Positions 1 through 8,785 of a stretch of DNA of 64,000 bases are shown in pieces. Position 1 is the stretch's first letter. Each line of letters begins with the position of its first letter. The DNA is from an uncultured Pseudomonadota bacterium (GTDB lineage: Bacteria; Pseudomonadota; Gammaproteobacteria; Ga0077536). Made by a program: the position numbers and the translations under genes. Location of the stretch: the NCBI GenBank assembly GCA_902597385.1, contig CACJXQ010000007.1, positions 4,272-68,271 on the forward strand, read 5' to 3'. The notes beneath the pieces are model-generated. The model was not told the DNA's origin. It saw only the letters and a list, made by a program, of their open reading frames with translations, and did not search any database.

Positions 1-426
1 ATTCTTTGTAACCCAACGCTCCCCTTCCTTTAAACGTTCTTTTTTCCAAAATGGAGCATCAGATTTCAAGATCTCCATCATATGGCGACAAGAATCGAAT
101 GCATGCGCCCTATGCGACGCCCAGGTAGCGACAAGTACAATTGCGTCGCCAGGATAGATGCGCCCTACCCTATGGACAATCAAAGCCTCGTCTAGATCCC
201 AACGCTTCACAGCCTCTGCTCTGATATCTGAAAGTACCTTTTCCGCCATTTCGGGATAGTGCTCTAAAAAAAGCGACTCGACATTTTCGCCATCGTTAAA
301 GTCTCGCATGGTCCCAACAAAAATGGCATTCGCGCCTACTTTGGCACCATTGACAAAAATCTCTTTCTTGCATTTTTCTAAAGTCGCAAAGGGTTCAAAG
401 GACTCTTCAACAATCCTACATACCAT
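1..426 (-). CDS. moaE: Molybdopterin synthase catalytic subunit MoaE (C-terminus cut by the window edge)
   Basis: Not in the ORF track because no stop lies inside the window. My own minus-strand translation from the ATG at 426 reads MVCRIVEESFEPF...FVGTMRDFNDGENVESLFLEHYPEMAEKVL...VHRVGRIYPGDAIVLVATWASHRAHAF...APFWKKERLKEGERWV. This resembles E. coli MoaE (LEHYPGM, HRIG, APFWK). The start lies 1 nt after the moaD stop (428-430). Confidence 0.88.
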   Translation of the reverse strand, partial: MVCRIVEESFEPFATLEKCKKEIFVNGAKVGANAIFVGTMRDFNDGENVESLFLEHYPEMAEKVLSDIRAEAVKRWDLDEALIVHRVGRIYPGDAIVLVATWASHRAHAFDSCRHMMEILKSDAPFWKKERLKEGERWVTKN

Positions 427-427
427 A

Positions 428-661
428 TCAGCCACCGGTCATGGGAGGAAAGTAAGCGACTTCATCGTTGTTCTTAACTTCTCTATCAAATTCACAATGA
501 ATACGGTTGATCGCACATAAAGTCCCGTCTGGCATCGGTCTATCTCCTGCAACTTGGTTCCAGACTGATTCTACTGTCTCTTTACCCTCAATCCTTATAA
601 CAGTCTCGCGACACCCTACGATTTCGGCTAAACTGGCGAAAAATTTTATTTTTATTTGCAT
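428..661 (-). CDS. moaD: Molybdopterin synthase sulfur-carrier subunit MoaD
   Basis: 77 aa with a beta-grasp carrier pattern: MQIKIKFFASLAE...EVAYFPPMTGG. It has the C-terminal GG and sits immediately upstream of moaE. Confidence 0.9.
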   Translation of the reverse strand: MQIKIKFFASLAEIVGCRETVIRIEGKETVESVWNQVAGDRPMPDGTLCAINRIHCEFDREVKNNDEVAYFPPMTGG

Positions 662-734
662 ACATTTAATTAGCTACTATATCAATTAGTATCCTAACTC
701 AGACAAAGAAAAAACACACTAGCGAGATCGCCCA

Positions 735-1208
735 ATGACCAAACTTAGCCACTTAGACAATAGCGGAAACGCAATAATGATAGACGTTAGGAATAAGGAA
801 ACCTCCCATCGAGTAGCTATAGCAACCGGAAGGATTCTAATGAAGCCAGAAACCTGTCGACTTATCAAAGATTCAGCGATTAAAAAGGGCGATGTCATCG
901 CATCTGCCCGAATTGCTGGCATAATGGCCTCAAAAAAGACACCTGAGCTCATTCCACTATGTCATCCCCTTAACATTACGAAAATAGAAATTGATTTTGA
1001 ATTAGAAGAAGTAAAGGGCATCCTTACCGCAAAAGCATGCGTGGAAACAGAGGGTAAAACTGGTGTTGAAATAGAGGCGCTTAATGCCGTTCAAGTAAGC
1101 CTCCTTACCATTTACGACATGTGTAAGGCGGTAGACAGAGGTATGACCATTGAAAATGTTGGTCTTTTTAAAAAATCAGGTGGGAATTCTGGAGACTGGC
1201 AGAGATGA
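735..1208 (+). CDS. moaC: Cyclic pyranopterin monophosphate synthase MoaC
   Basis: 157 aa. KGDVIASARIAGIMASKKTPELIPLCHP, GKTGVEIEALNAV and LTIYDMCKAVDR align with E. coli MoaC. Confidence 0.95.
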   Translation: MTKLSHLDNSGNAIMIDVRNKETSHRVAIATGRILMKPETCRLIKDSAIKKGDVIASARIAGIMASKKTPELIPLCHPLNITKIEIDFELEEVKGILTAKACVETEGKTGVEIEALNAVQVSLLTIYDMCKAVDRGMTIENVGLFKKSGGNSGDWQR

Positions 1209-1224
1209 AATTTAACGTCCCTTT

Positions 1225-1602
1225 TTATCGACTGATGTAAGTAAATTCGGGTTTTTCCGGTAAGCCTGGAAGACGTTCATCGCCATTGTCGCCTGGTATC
1301 CAACAGATAAAATCTTCTATTTTCTCTGCTAACGCTATATCTCTGTCTGTAACACCGTCCGCCTCATGAGTATTCAAAAGTATTTCCACTTCGTCGTATA
1401 AGACAACTAATTTAGGATGATGCCAAGCCACTTCCGATAAATGTCCTACAGCATTCGCGATCATCAAACTTACCCTCCAACCTCCAGTTTTAAACACTCT
1501 TCTGATAGACCCATTGCAGTAATTCCAGTTCGGTAGCTGCTTACGTAAAGCCTCCCCGATTTCCTTTTCATCAAAAACTTTCCCTAAATACAGACTGTTC
1601 AT
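1225..1602 (-). CDS. phhB: Pterin-4a-carbinolamine dehydratase (PCD/DCoH, COG2154)
   Basis: 125 aa. The segment E-VAW-HHP-KLVVL-Y-DEVEILLNT-H-EADGVTDR-D fits the canonical PCD catalytic motif [EDKH]x3H[HN][PCS]x5-6[YWF]x9[HW]x8-15D. Confidence 0.8.
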   Translation of the reverse strand: MNSLYLGKVFDEKEIGEALRKQLPNWNYCNGSIRRVFKTGGWRVSLMIANAVGHLSEVAWHHPKLVVLYDEVEILLNTHEADGVTDRDIALAEKIEDFICWIPGDNGDERLPGLPEKPEFTYISR

Positions 1603-1617
1603 ATTTCTACGCTACGC

Positions 1618-2466
1618 TTATTTTCCAAATTTATAATTCAAAACAGCCCAAGCAACATCTGCCGCTTGCCTATTTGCTTTTACATCATGTACCCGAAATA
1701 TTGTTGCCCCCGACTGTACTCCCAATGCTGTAGTCGCACAGGTTGCTCCTTCGAGCTGAGAGGGAGTTCGGGTTCCGCAAATTTCCTGTAAGGATCTTTT
1801 TCTGCTTGTTCCTATCATCACAGGATACCCTATCTCACTGAATTCAGTTAAAGCATTTAGTATGGCCATATTATGCTCAAGCAGTTTCCCAAAGCCAATC
1901 CCCGGATCAACGACAAGTTTGTCTTTAGATACTCCAGCACTATAAGCCAAATCACACATATGTGTAAGATAGGCTTTAATCTCACCAACCACGTCCTTAT
2001 AACTAGGGTTCAACTGCATTGACTCAGGTGAACCTTTTTTATGCATTATTATTAATCCTGCATCATATTTCGACACAACCTCTAGCAGAGCCTTTCCCTG
2101 TCCTCCGGAAACATCATTAATTACTGCAACACCCTCTCTCAAAGCAATTTCGGCCACTTCAGCCTTATTCGTGTCGACGCTCAGTATTTTTTCTGGAGCC
2201 TTCTTCCTAAGATATTTTATCACCGGAAGTATTCTGCGAATTTCCTCTTCCGCCGAAATCTCCACTGCGCCCGGCCGAGTAGACTGTCCACCTATATCTA
2301 TCAAATCAGCACCTTCATTGATCATTTGCAAAGCGTGCGCAGAAGAAAAATCAAGTGTCGTAAACTTTCCACCATCGGAGAAACTATCCGGTGTAGTGTT
2401 CAATATACCCATAATTAGGGGTTTGTTTTTTTTTAGAAGAGTAGCGAAGCTACACAACGTTTTCAT
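1618..2466 (-). CDS. folP: Dihydropteroate synthase
   Basis: 282 aa. GILNTTPDSFSDGG, DIGGQSTRPG, INDVSGG and GIGFGK are FolP signatures. Confidence 0.95.
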   Translation of the reverse strand: MKTLCSFATLLKKNKPLIMGILNTTPDSFSDGGKFTTLDFSSAHALQMINEGADLIDIGGQSTRPGAVEISAEEEIRRILPVIKYLRKKAPEKILSVDTNKAEVAEIALREGVAVINDVSGGQGKALLEVVSKYDAGLIIMHKKGSPESMQLNPSYKDVVGEIKAYLTHMCDLAYSAGVSKDKLVVDPGIGFGKLLEHNMAILNALTEFSEIGYPVMIGTSRKRSLQEICGTRTPSQLEGATCATTALGVQSGATIFRVHDVKANRQAADVAWAVLNYKFGK

Positions 2467-3419
2467 AGCTCTTTTGCTATATCAGTGGTCGCACGGACTA
2501 GAGCATCAATCATTTTTTCCTCGCCAGAGAGATGTCCAGCCGTTCGTATGATTTCCAACTTCGAATTTGGAATCAAACTATGAAGCAGCCAGGAAGAATC
2601 CGGCAGACAGGTCATATCTCTGCCTCCATGGATCAATTTCACCGGCACCCCAGGAACTTTTGCGATATCTCTTAGTAACTGATCTGGTTCCAAAAAATAA
2701 TTGTTTACGGCGTAATGGAGTTCGATTTTTGCTTTAACAATAGTCGATTCAGTGGTCCCACTCAACGAATCGAAACTATTTTCAAAAGAATACGATACTA
2801 CTGCGCCCGACCACTTTTCCCAAGCTAGGGCTGCTTCCATAACAATCTTCTCGTCTGAGGAGTTCAGCATATCATGAAGATGAGAGACAACCTCTTGGCT
2901 CGATGCACTCTTAAAATCTATCGCTTTTCCAAAATCTCGCCATTCCCGAGGCAGAATCTTCGACACACCATCGTCCCCAGCAAACCAGTCTAAATCACAT
3001 TGTCTAGCAAGAAATGACGCTCGCAAGATTAAGCCAAGTACTCTTTCAGGAAAGGATTCAGCGTACAGCAATCCTAGAGCGCTACCCCAAGAACCCGCGA
3101 ATATTAGCCATGATTCAATCCTATAATGCTTCCTAATGGCCTCCATATCCGATACAAGCAAATCGGTAGAGTTATTTTCAGTTCCCCCCAAAGGCGTCGA
3201 ACGTCCCGAGCCTCTTTGGTCAAACAAAATTATTTGGTAGATATCCGAATCAAAAAACCTGCGATGATCAGGCTTACAACCTCCGCCCGGGCCACCGTGA
3301 AGAAAGATAACGGGTATACCGTCCTTCTTACCGCACAATTCAACATAGATTTGATGACCACCTGGCATCTCCAGATGATCTACTTCAATTGGTTCTATAG
3401 AGGGATATAATTTCCTCAT
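2463..3419 (-). CDS. pip: Proline iminopeptidase (alpha/beta hydrolase)
   Basis: 318 aa with an N-terminal LYPSIEP motif, FLHGGPGGG, DQRGSGRS and the nucleophile elbow GSWGS. It overlaps the folP start by 4 nt. Confidence 0.9.
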   Translation of the reverse strand: MRKLYPSIEPIEVDHLEMPGGHQIYVELCGKKDGIPVIFLHGGPGGGCKPDHRRFFDSDIYQIILFDQRGSGRSTPLGGTENNSTDLLVSDMEAIRKHYRIESWLIFAGSWGSALGLLYAESFPERVLGLILRASFLARQCDLDWFAGDDGVSKILPREWRDFGKAIDFKSASSQEVVSHLHDMLNSSDEKIVMEAALAWEKWSGAVVSYSFENSFDSLSGTTESTIVKAKIELHYAVNNYFLEPDQLLRDIAKVPGVPVKLIHGGRDMTCLPDSSWLLHSLIPNSKLEIIRTAGHLSGEEKMIDALVRATTDIAKEL

Positions 3420-3435
3420 TTCCCGGTTAGTTTAG

Positions 3436-4368
3436 CTACCATGAGAGAACACCTCCAACACTTATAGAGTCGGTTTCATCTCCTGAATTTTTTTCTAGGT
3501 CCACTTTAGTACGATTATATTCAGCAACTATTCTTAGCCAGGATGTGACATCGTGATAAACCCCCACTGCCCATAACGAACGCTCGAAATTATTTCTCAT
3601 CATTTCTCCAGCAGAATCGACAGAATCAAATAACTCGCCACTCCCATAAGAAAAGCCTAAACGGGTCGCAGTATTAAGATCATAGCTCCCTGTAACTCTG
3701 TAACCCTCTCTCCGATAGTAGGTCCTGAGAATATCGCTTCGTAATAGTCCTGACCTTTTGCTGAACGAGCTGAAGCTCGTGTTGTCTCGGTCACTATAGT
3801 AACCAGTTAAGCTTAAGCCTGCCAGATTAAACGTTGCTCCAGCCGTCCATTCCAGTGACGCATGAGTTTTACAATCCGTCGGACCACAAAAATCCATCTC
3901 CTCACCATATGAACCGTCGGCCCAAAACTTGGTTCTTACCTTCTCCACACTAGTAAAATAATTCAAGTAGATCTTTCGGTTCGCGAAAAAACTGTTACCC
4001 TCCGATAAAAGCCTCAATACCTCGGGCGTTTCCTCCTGAAAGACTCCTTTCCCAAGCGTGTCGAGGCCAACCCTGTATTTATGATAAGGAGAATAATCGG
4101 TTATCTCACCAGCAAACTGGAAATTGATTTTAAACGCACTATACTCACCTTCTGCGGGGATTAGCTGGCTACCCGTGCCACCGTAACTTAAGCTGGTAGC
4201 TAGTATATTAGTGTGGTTGCCCTCAAAAGGCATTCTGAAAACGCTGGAATCACCGTGTTTTACAGTAAGCGAGTAATCAATCTCATTCGCAAATAAACCG
4301 CCTTTTAAACCCACCAAAACAGCGAAGCAAACAAGAAGCCAATTTTTTGATATGTTTTGCTGCCTCAT
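3436..4368 (-). CDS. Outer-membrane beta-barrel / porin-like protein
   Basis: 310 aa with a signal peptide (WLLVCFAVLVGLKGGLFA). It shows alternating amphipathic Y/G/S/T-rich strands and an aromatic C-terminal residue (GGVLSW), typical of outer-membrane proteins. Confidence 0.6.
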   Translation of the reverse strand: MRQQNISKNWLLVCFAVLVGLKGGLFANEIDYSLTVKHGDSSVFRMPFEGNHTNILATSLSYGGTGSQLIPAEGEYSAFKINFQFAGEITDYSPYHKYRVGLDTLGKGVFQEETPEVLRLLSEGNSFFANRKIYLNYFTSVEKVRTKFWADGSYGEEMDFCGPTDCKTHASLEWTAGATFNLAGLSLTGYYSDRDNTSFSSFSKRSGLLRSDILRTYYRREGYRVTGSYDLNTATRLGFSYGSGELFDSVDSAGEMMRNNFERSLWAVGVYHDVTSWLRIVAEYNRTKVDLEKNSGDETDSISVGGVLSW

Positions 4369-4466
4369 GAACCCTTCTATACTATCTGGCCGGATGATTG
4401 AATTAATAGAGACCTTATATCATGACGTCTCTACACGGAAATTATCTTAACTCCCTAGAAGATACA

Positions 4467-4826
4467 CTAACCCCCTCCCTTTTGAAAAGCCGTATCGAAC
4501 CGGCGCATGAAATTTGTAATTTCATCCTTCTCGAAACCCTTAAACCAAAATAACACTTCTAAATAAGGAAACTTCAGCCTCCCTATTCTCCGCTGGCGCT
4601 CTTCAGAAACTTTTACAACAATCTCTTTCCCAGCACTGTTATTCAGAACCCGCAATCCGATTTTCGTTTCAAAATCACATTTAAATTCATCGTTCTCCGT
4701 TATTAAAGGTACAACTTCTCCCCAAACATCGCATACCCTCGGGAAAACTCTCTGAAAATCCTTATGAGTTATTCCTAAATCTTTCCTCTCAATAAAATCA
4801 GAAAACTTTCCTCCAATGCGCACCAC
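4467..4826 (-). CDS. Hypothetical protein, last gene of the aldehyde oxidoreductase operon (start uncertain)
   Basis: The track ORF is 4467..4919, but the ATG at 4919 would overlap the upstream MoaD-like gene by 92 nt. GTG codons at 4826 and 4823 lie just after that gene's TAA (4828-4830) and are preceded by a GGGGGT Shine-Dalgarno-like run. No family recognised. The C-terminus is FQKGGG. Confidence 0.4.
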   Translation of the reverse strand: MVRIGGKFSDFIERKDLGITHKDFQRVFPRVCDVWGEVVPLITENDEFKCDFETKIGLRVLNNSAGKEIVVKVSEERQRRIGRLKFPYLEVLFWFKGFEKDEITNFMRRFDTAFQKGGG

Positions 4827-4827
4827 C

Positions 4828-5079
4828 TTACCCCCCTGCCACTGGCGGCCATAAAGCCAGCACGTCCCCTTCTGAGAAAATTGGCGATTCCCGATCTTCA
4901 GGCTCGATGTAAATTCCATTCAGTAAAACTAGATGAACAGTATTCTTAGGAATTTCGTAACGAACCAGCACATCGTGGACCGAAGTGTCTGCCAAGATTT
5001 CTATAAAAGTGGAATTTCCCACCGAGCCTTCAGGCAAATGCTTACTCAGAGAGGCAAATAATTTGAATTTTATTTTCAA
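4828..5079 (-). CDS. MoaD/ThiS-family sulfur-carrier-like protein (AorD-like)
   Basis: 83 aa: MKIKFKLFASLSKHLP...GDVLALWPPVAGG. It has the length, beta-grasp pattern and GG terminus of the family. This is the second such gene in the window. Confidence 0.8.
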   Translation of the reverse strand: MKIKFKLFASLSKHLPEGSVGNSTFIEILADTSVHDVLVRYEIPKNTVHLVLLNGIYIEPEDRESPIFSEGDVLALWPPVAGG

Positions 5080-5139
5080 GTTCTTTCAAAATCAAATACA
5101 TGGGGTCGCTGTCAAAAAATTTGCTTTTTTAGTAAATTA

Positions 5140-6417
5140 TCAAGCAAGAACCTTTGAGTTAAAACCCAGCGCTTGAGTAGACGATAGGTACGCTTCCATT
5201 AATCTGGTTGGATCCTTAAGTAGACGGTCTTTCCAATCACCCAACCGAATTCTGCTCTGGATTAGGCCACGTAAAACGCCCACATGTTGCGTCATTCCAA
5301 TGCTCGTCGCCCCTACCAAAAGATCGCCCTCGAATTGCAGGTTAAAGTATTTGAATGTGTCTTTATTTATCAAACTTACCTGTTCTCCGTCCTTCACTCC
5401 TGCCCAAGCTCCGAATGAACATGAAATTAGCCCTAGAGTGTCCAAAACATTCATATTAATTGAACCTTGATGGTTAACTGATCCCAGTTGAATCATATTC
5501 TTAGCAGCCACCCTGGCATGATCTACGGCCGTAGGCTGGATCGCCTGAATGGAATATTCCCCGGTAGAAAAATCTAGCCCCTCCGCCACATCACCTGCAG
5601 CAAACACATCAGGGTCGCTAGTTTGCATAGACCTGTTCACAAGGATTCCTTGGCCTATCTTTAATTGCTCTTTTTTCAGAAACCCCGTATTCGGAGAAAC
5701 TCCGGTCGCTGAAACAGCTAAATTAGCCTGCAATGTTTTACCATCACTGAGCTTCAGGACAAGCTCACCACTGTCTAGTTTCTCAATTTCTTCAACCCTA
5801 GTCCCGGTATGGATACTCACTCCCTTACTTAGGCACCAATCTTTAATCATCCCACCAGCCTCATCATTCATCATTCTCGGAACCATCCGATCTTCCATTT
5901 CGACGACAGTTAGATTAGCACCACTCTTGACGAGCGCCTCAAGTATTATGCAACCAATAAACCCTGCACCCATCAACACAACATCATCACCTTTTCTAAT
6001 TTTATTCAGCAGATAGCGAGCATCTGCCAAAGTCCAACATGAGCTTACGCCCTCGGTCTCTATACCTTGAATCTTTGGAATATTGGGGGAAGAACCAGTA
6101 GCTAATAGCAGTTTATCGTATTGCAAACTTTTATTAGTTGATTCATTTAAGAGTAGTGTCTTGTTGGTAAGATCTATGGCGCTTAATTCGCCGTTTATTA
6201 AGTCAATTCCAATGGAAGAAAAATGGTCTTTATTCTTCCGGAGGTGAGTCCCGTTTTCTTCAATCTGATCGATAAGATAATAGGGGATAGCCATTCTTGA
6301 ATAAGGGGGCGCGTCTTCATTATTTAAAATGGTCACCCGCGCATCTTTTTGATGCGTTTTTAGGGTTTCAGCTGCCACCACCCCAGCGGGTCCCGAGCCA
6401 ACAATCACGTGATGCAT
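5140..6417 (-). CDS. FAD/NAD(P)-binding pyridine nucleotide-disulfide oxidoreductase family protein (AorC-like subunit)
   Basis: 425 aa. It has an N-terminal Rossmann fold (VIVGSGPAGV), a second dinucleotide fold (VVLMGAGFIGCI) and AAGDVA near the C-terminal third. Confidence 0.8.
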   Translation of the reverse strand: MHHVIVGSGPAGVVAAETLKTHQKDARVTILNNEDAPPYSRMAIPYYLIDQIEENGTHLRKNKDHFSSIGIDLINGELSAIDLTNKTLLLNESTNKSLQYDKLLLATGSSPNIPKIQGIETEGVSSCWTLADARYLLNKIRKGDDVVLMGAGFIGCIILEALVKSGANLTVVEMEDRMVPRMMNDEAGGMIKDWCLSKGVSIHTGTRVEEIEKLDSGELVLKLSDGKTLQANLAVSATGVSPNTGFLKKEQLKIGQGILVNRSMQTSDPDVFAAGDVAEGLDFSTGEYSIQAIQPTAVDHARVAAKNMIQLGSVNHQGSINMNVLDTLGLISCSFGAWAGVKDGEQVSLINKDTFKYFNLQFEGDLLVGATSIGMTQHVGVLRGLIQSRIRLGDWKDRLLKDPTRLMEAYLSSTQALGFNSKVLA

Positions 6418-6432
6418 AAGTTCTTACCTCTG

Positions 6433-8283
6433 CTAAACGTTCAGTCTTTTTAGAGTATCCGGCTTTGGTTCACCGTCCTCAGTCCAGCCTCTCGCCTCAT
6501 AATAGGCGGGCAACATTTCATCCAGCCTATTAACTGCACCCTTTGCTGGACCTGTCTTAGCGGCATCCTTCAACAATCGTTTCGGAAGTGTATCATCCTC
6601 TTTGGTCAAACCAGCATCTAAATTGAACTTCCTCTCGAGATTCCAGATTCTTTCACCTGCCTCAAGAAGCGATTCGGGCGTCCAATTACCTTCACAGGCT
6701 GCATCCACTTGAGGAGCTATATCTTCAAGAGTCCAAGCAAAAGTAGTGAAGGTACACAACCCAGTCGAATCTACAGCTGCAGTAGCATCTTGAAACCCTT
6801 TAACTAACTCGGGCTTCCCTTCCGTGCTCAGCGGATCCGTTTTCACCGGAACACCCATTATCTCCGAAGAAACAGTATACCCTCTCAAGTGACAAGCTCC
6901 CCTGTTTGAAGTGGCATAAGCTAAGCCCATTCCTTGGACTCCTCGAGGATCATAAGCTGGAAACTCCTGACCTTTAACTGTCATCGACAGCTCTGGTTTT
7001 CCATACTTTTCACAAAGCCTCTTTGAGCCCAAGCCAAGGTCACGACCAAAGCCGTCACCGGTAGCTGTTAACTCAGCTGCCTTTGTCAACGCCTCAGCTG
7101 ATCCAAAACGCATTTCGATTCCACCAGTGTCTTTCAGTGTTATCGCTCCTGTTTCAAATAATTCCATCGCAGCAGCAACAGTAGCTCCAAAAGAAATAGG
7201 GTCAAAACCATCCTCGTTACATATGAAATTAGCATAGGTAAGGGCATCCAGGTCATCTACGCCAGTGTCAGATCCGAGTGACCAAGCTGATTCGTACTCT
7301 AGGCCGCCGGATGCGCCCATGTATTCTGGCTTATTCTCAATCGTATAGTGTTTTGGATCTACTGTTGAAATACGACCACATGCAATAGTACAACCAAAAC
7401 ATGCGGCATTTGTAACTAGGTTCGGTTTTCCGTCACTTTCCCTTGGTTCGTGCATAGCTTCCGCTGATATTTTATGCGCCCCCTCAAACTGAACTTCTTT
7501 GAAATTACGTGTGGGCATTGCACCTACTTCATTAATCACATTCATCAAAACTTGCGTGCCCATTTGGGGCAGTCCCTCAGCAGTAACGGCATTTTCCGCC
7601 AACACTTTTTTAGCCTCAGCTGTAGCGGACAAAAAGGCCTTTGGATTAGCTATGTTGCCCACCCCTAAATTGCCTCTAACTACGACGGCTTTCAGCTGCT
7701 TCGAAGCCATTACAGTACCTACCCCAGAACGCCCCGCAGCTCTATGCAGGTCATTAATCACGCCTGAATACAGACAACCCTGTTCCGCAGAACGCCCAAC
7801 ACATGCTATTTTAGCCAGGGGATCTTGGTGAACATTGTGTAATATTTCATCCGTCTCCCACACAGACTTACCCCATAGCTCGTCAGCACTTAACAATTGG
7901 GCTTTCAGATTTTCAACATGCAGGTAAACAGGTTTTTCGGATTTACCCTCAAAGATGAACATATCCCATCCAGCATTTTTCATTTCAGCACCTATGAATC
8001 CCCCTGAATTAGAGCACGCTATGGCCCCTGTGAGAGGACTTTTAGTTACTACCGAATACCGTCCGCCCGTCGAAGCGGTAGTGCCAGTAAGAGGGCCTGT
8101 CACCATAATTAATTTGTTTTCTGGCGAAAGAGCATCCACTTTTGGATCAATTTCTTCGGCCAGATATCTGCTTGCAAGACCTCGTTGACCGAGGTATTGC
8201 ATCGCCCATTCCATATTTAATGGCTCCTCGTTACACGTACCATTTGTCAAGTCAACACGTAGAACTCTTTTTTGCCACGCCAT
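6433..8283 (-). CDS. aor: Aldehyde:ferredoxin oxidoreductase family, tungstopterin-type catalytic subunit (AorB-like)
   Basis: 616 aa. The N-terminus (LRVDLTNG...LGQRGLASRYL...PENKLIMVTGPLTGT...GGRYSVVTKSPLTG) is the AOR N-terminal domain. Downstream are CFGCTIAC (4Fe-4S ligands) and SNRGACHLRGY. Confidence 0.9.
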   Translation of the reverse strand: MAWQKRVLRVDLTNGTCNEEPLNMEWAMQYLGQRGLASRYLAEEIDPKVDALSPENKLIMVTGPLTGTTASTGGRYSVVTKSPLTGAIACSNSGGFIGAEMKNAGWDMFIFEGKSEKPVYLHVENLKAQLLSADELWGKSVWETDEILHNVHQDPLAKIACVGRSAEQGCLYSGVINDLHRAAGRSGVGTVMASKQLKAVVVRGNLGVGNIANPKAFLSATAEAKKVLAENAVTAEGLPQMGTQVLMNVINEVGAMPTRNFKEVQFEGAHKISAEAMHEPRESDGKPNLVTNAACFGCTIACGRISTVDPKHYTIENKPEYMGASGGLEYESAWSLGSDTGVDDLDALTYANFICNEDGFDPISFGATVAAAMELFETGAITLKDTGGIEMRFGSAEALTKAAELTATGDGFGRDLGLGSKRLCEKYGKPELSMTVKGQEFPAYDPRGVQGMGLAYATSNRGACHLRGYTVSSEIMGVPVKTDPLSTEGKPELVKGFQDATAAVDSTGLCTFTTFAWTLEDIAPQVDAACEGNWTPESLLEAGERIWNLERKFNLDAGLTKEDDTLPKRLLKDAAKTGPAKGAVNRLDEMLPAYYEARGWTEDGEPKPDTLKRLNV

Positions 8284-8320
8284 GATTAAGACCTCCTGAT
8301 CATCTTGTATTATCCCAAAC

Positions 8321-8785
8321 TCACGCTTTTATGGTTTGCGCCGCATGTGCACGCATTCGGTCCATGCCCGCATTCGAGGCATCTACATAGGTAATAGCTT
8401 CTGTCGGGCAGGCCTCCACGCAAGCAGGATCTCCTCCGCAGAGATCGCATTTGATAACCTTTCCAGAATCAGCATTATAATTTACTGTGCCAAACGGGCA
8501 GGCAATCGTACAAACTTTACATCCAACACAAACGTCCTCAGATACATCCTTTGCGCCTGTACCAGGATTTATCGTAATGGCATCTACCGGACACGCGTGC
8601 AAACACCATGCCTCGGCACATTGACTGCACGTATACGGAGCAAAACGCCCCTCTTCATGGAAAGTAAAAACCTTAATTCTAGACTTTGATGGATTGAAGA
8701 CCCCTTCGTTTTCATACGAGCAGGCCATTTCACACTGCAAACAACCAGTGCATTTCTCAGATTCCAATTGTAACGATCTCAACAT
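8321..8785 (-). CDS. Poly-ferredoxin with four predicted [4Fe-4S] clusters (AorA-like electron-transfer subunit)
   Basis: 154 aa with 16 Cys in four cluster motifs: CTGCLQCEMAC, CSQCAEAWCLHACP, CVGCKVCTIACP and CDLCGGDPACVEACP. Confidence 0.85.
   Translation of the reverse strand: MLRSLQLESEKCTGCLQCEMACSYENEGVFNPSKSRIKVFTFHEEGRFAPYTCSQCAEAWCLHACPVDAITINPGTGAKDVSEDVCVGCKVCTIACPFGTVNYNADSGKVIKCDLCGGDPACVEACPTEAITYVDASNAGMDRMRAHAAQTIKA

Noticed and set aside
662-734. A possible Moco riboswitch upstream of moaD-moaE or moaC.
   Set aside because: The divergent spacer is only 73 bp. That is too short for the ~130-nt Moco RNA motif plus two promoters.
4827-4919. The ATG at 4919 as the start of the last AOR-operon gene (150-aa version from the track).
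   Set aside because: It would require a 92-nt overlap with the well-supported MoaD-like gene. The GTG just after that gene's stop, with a G-rich Shine-Dalgarno-like run, is more parsimonious. It is kept as an open alternative in the findings.
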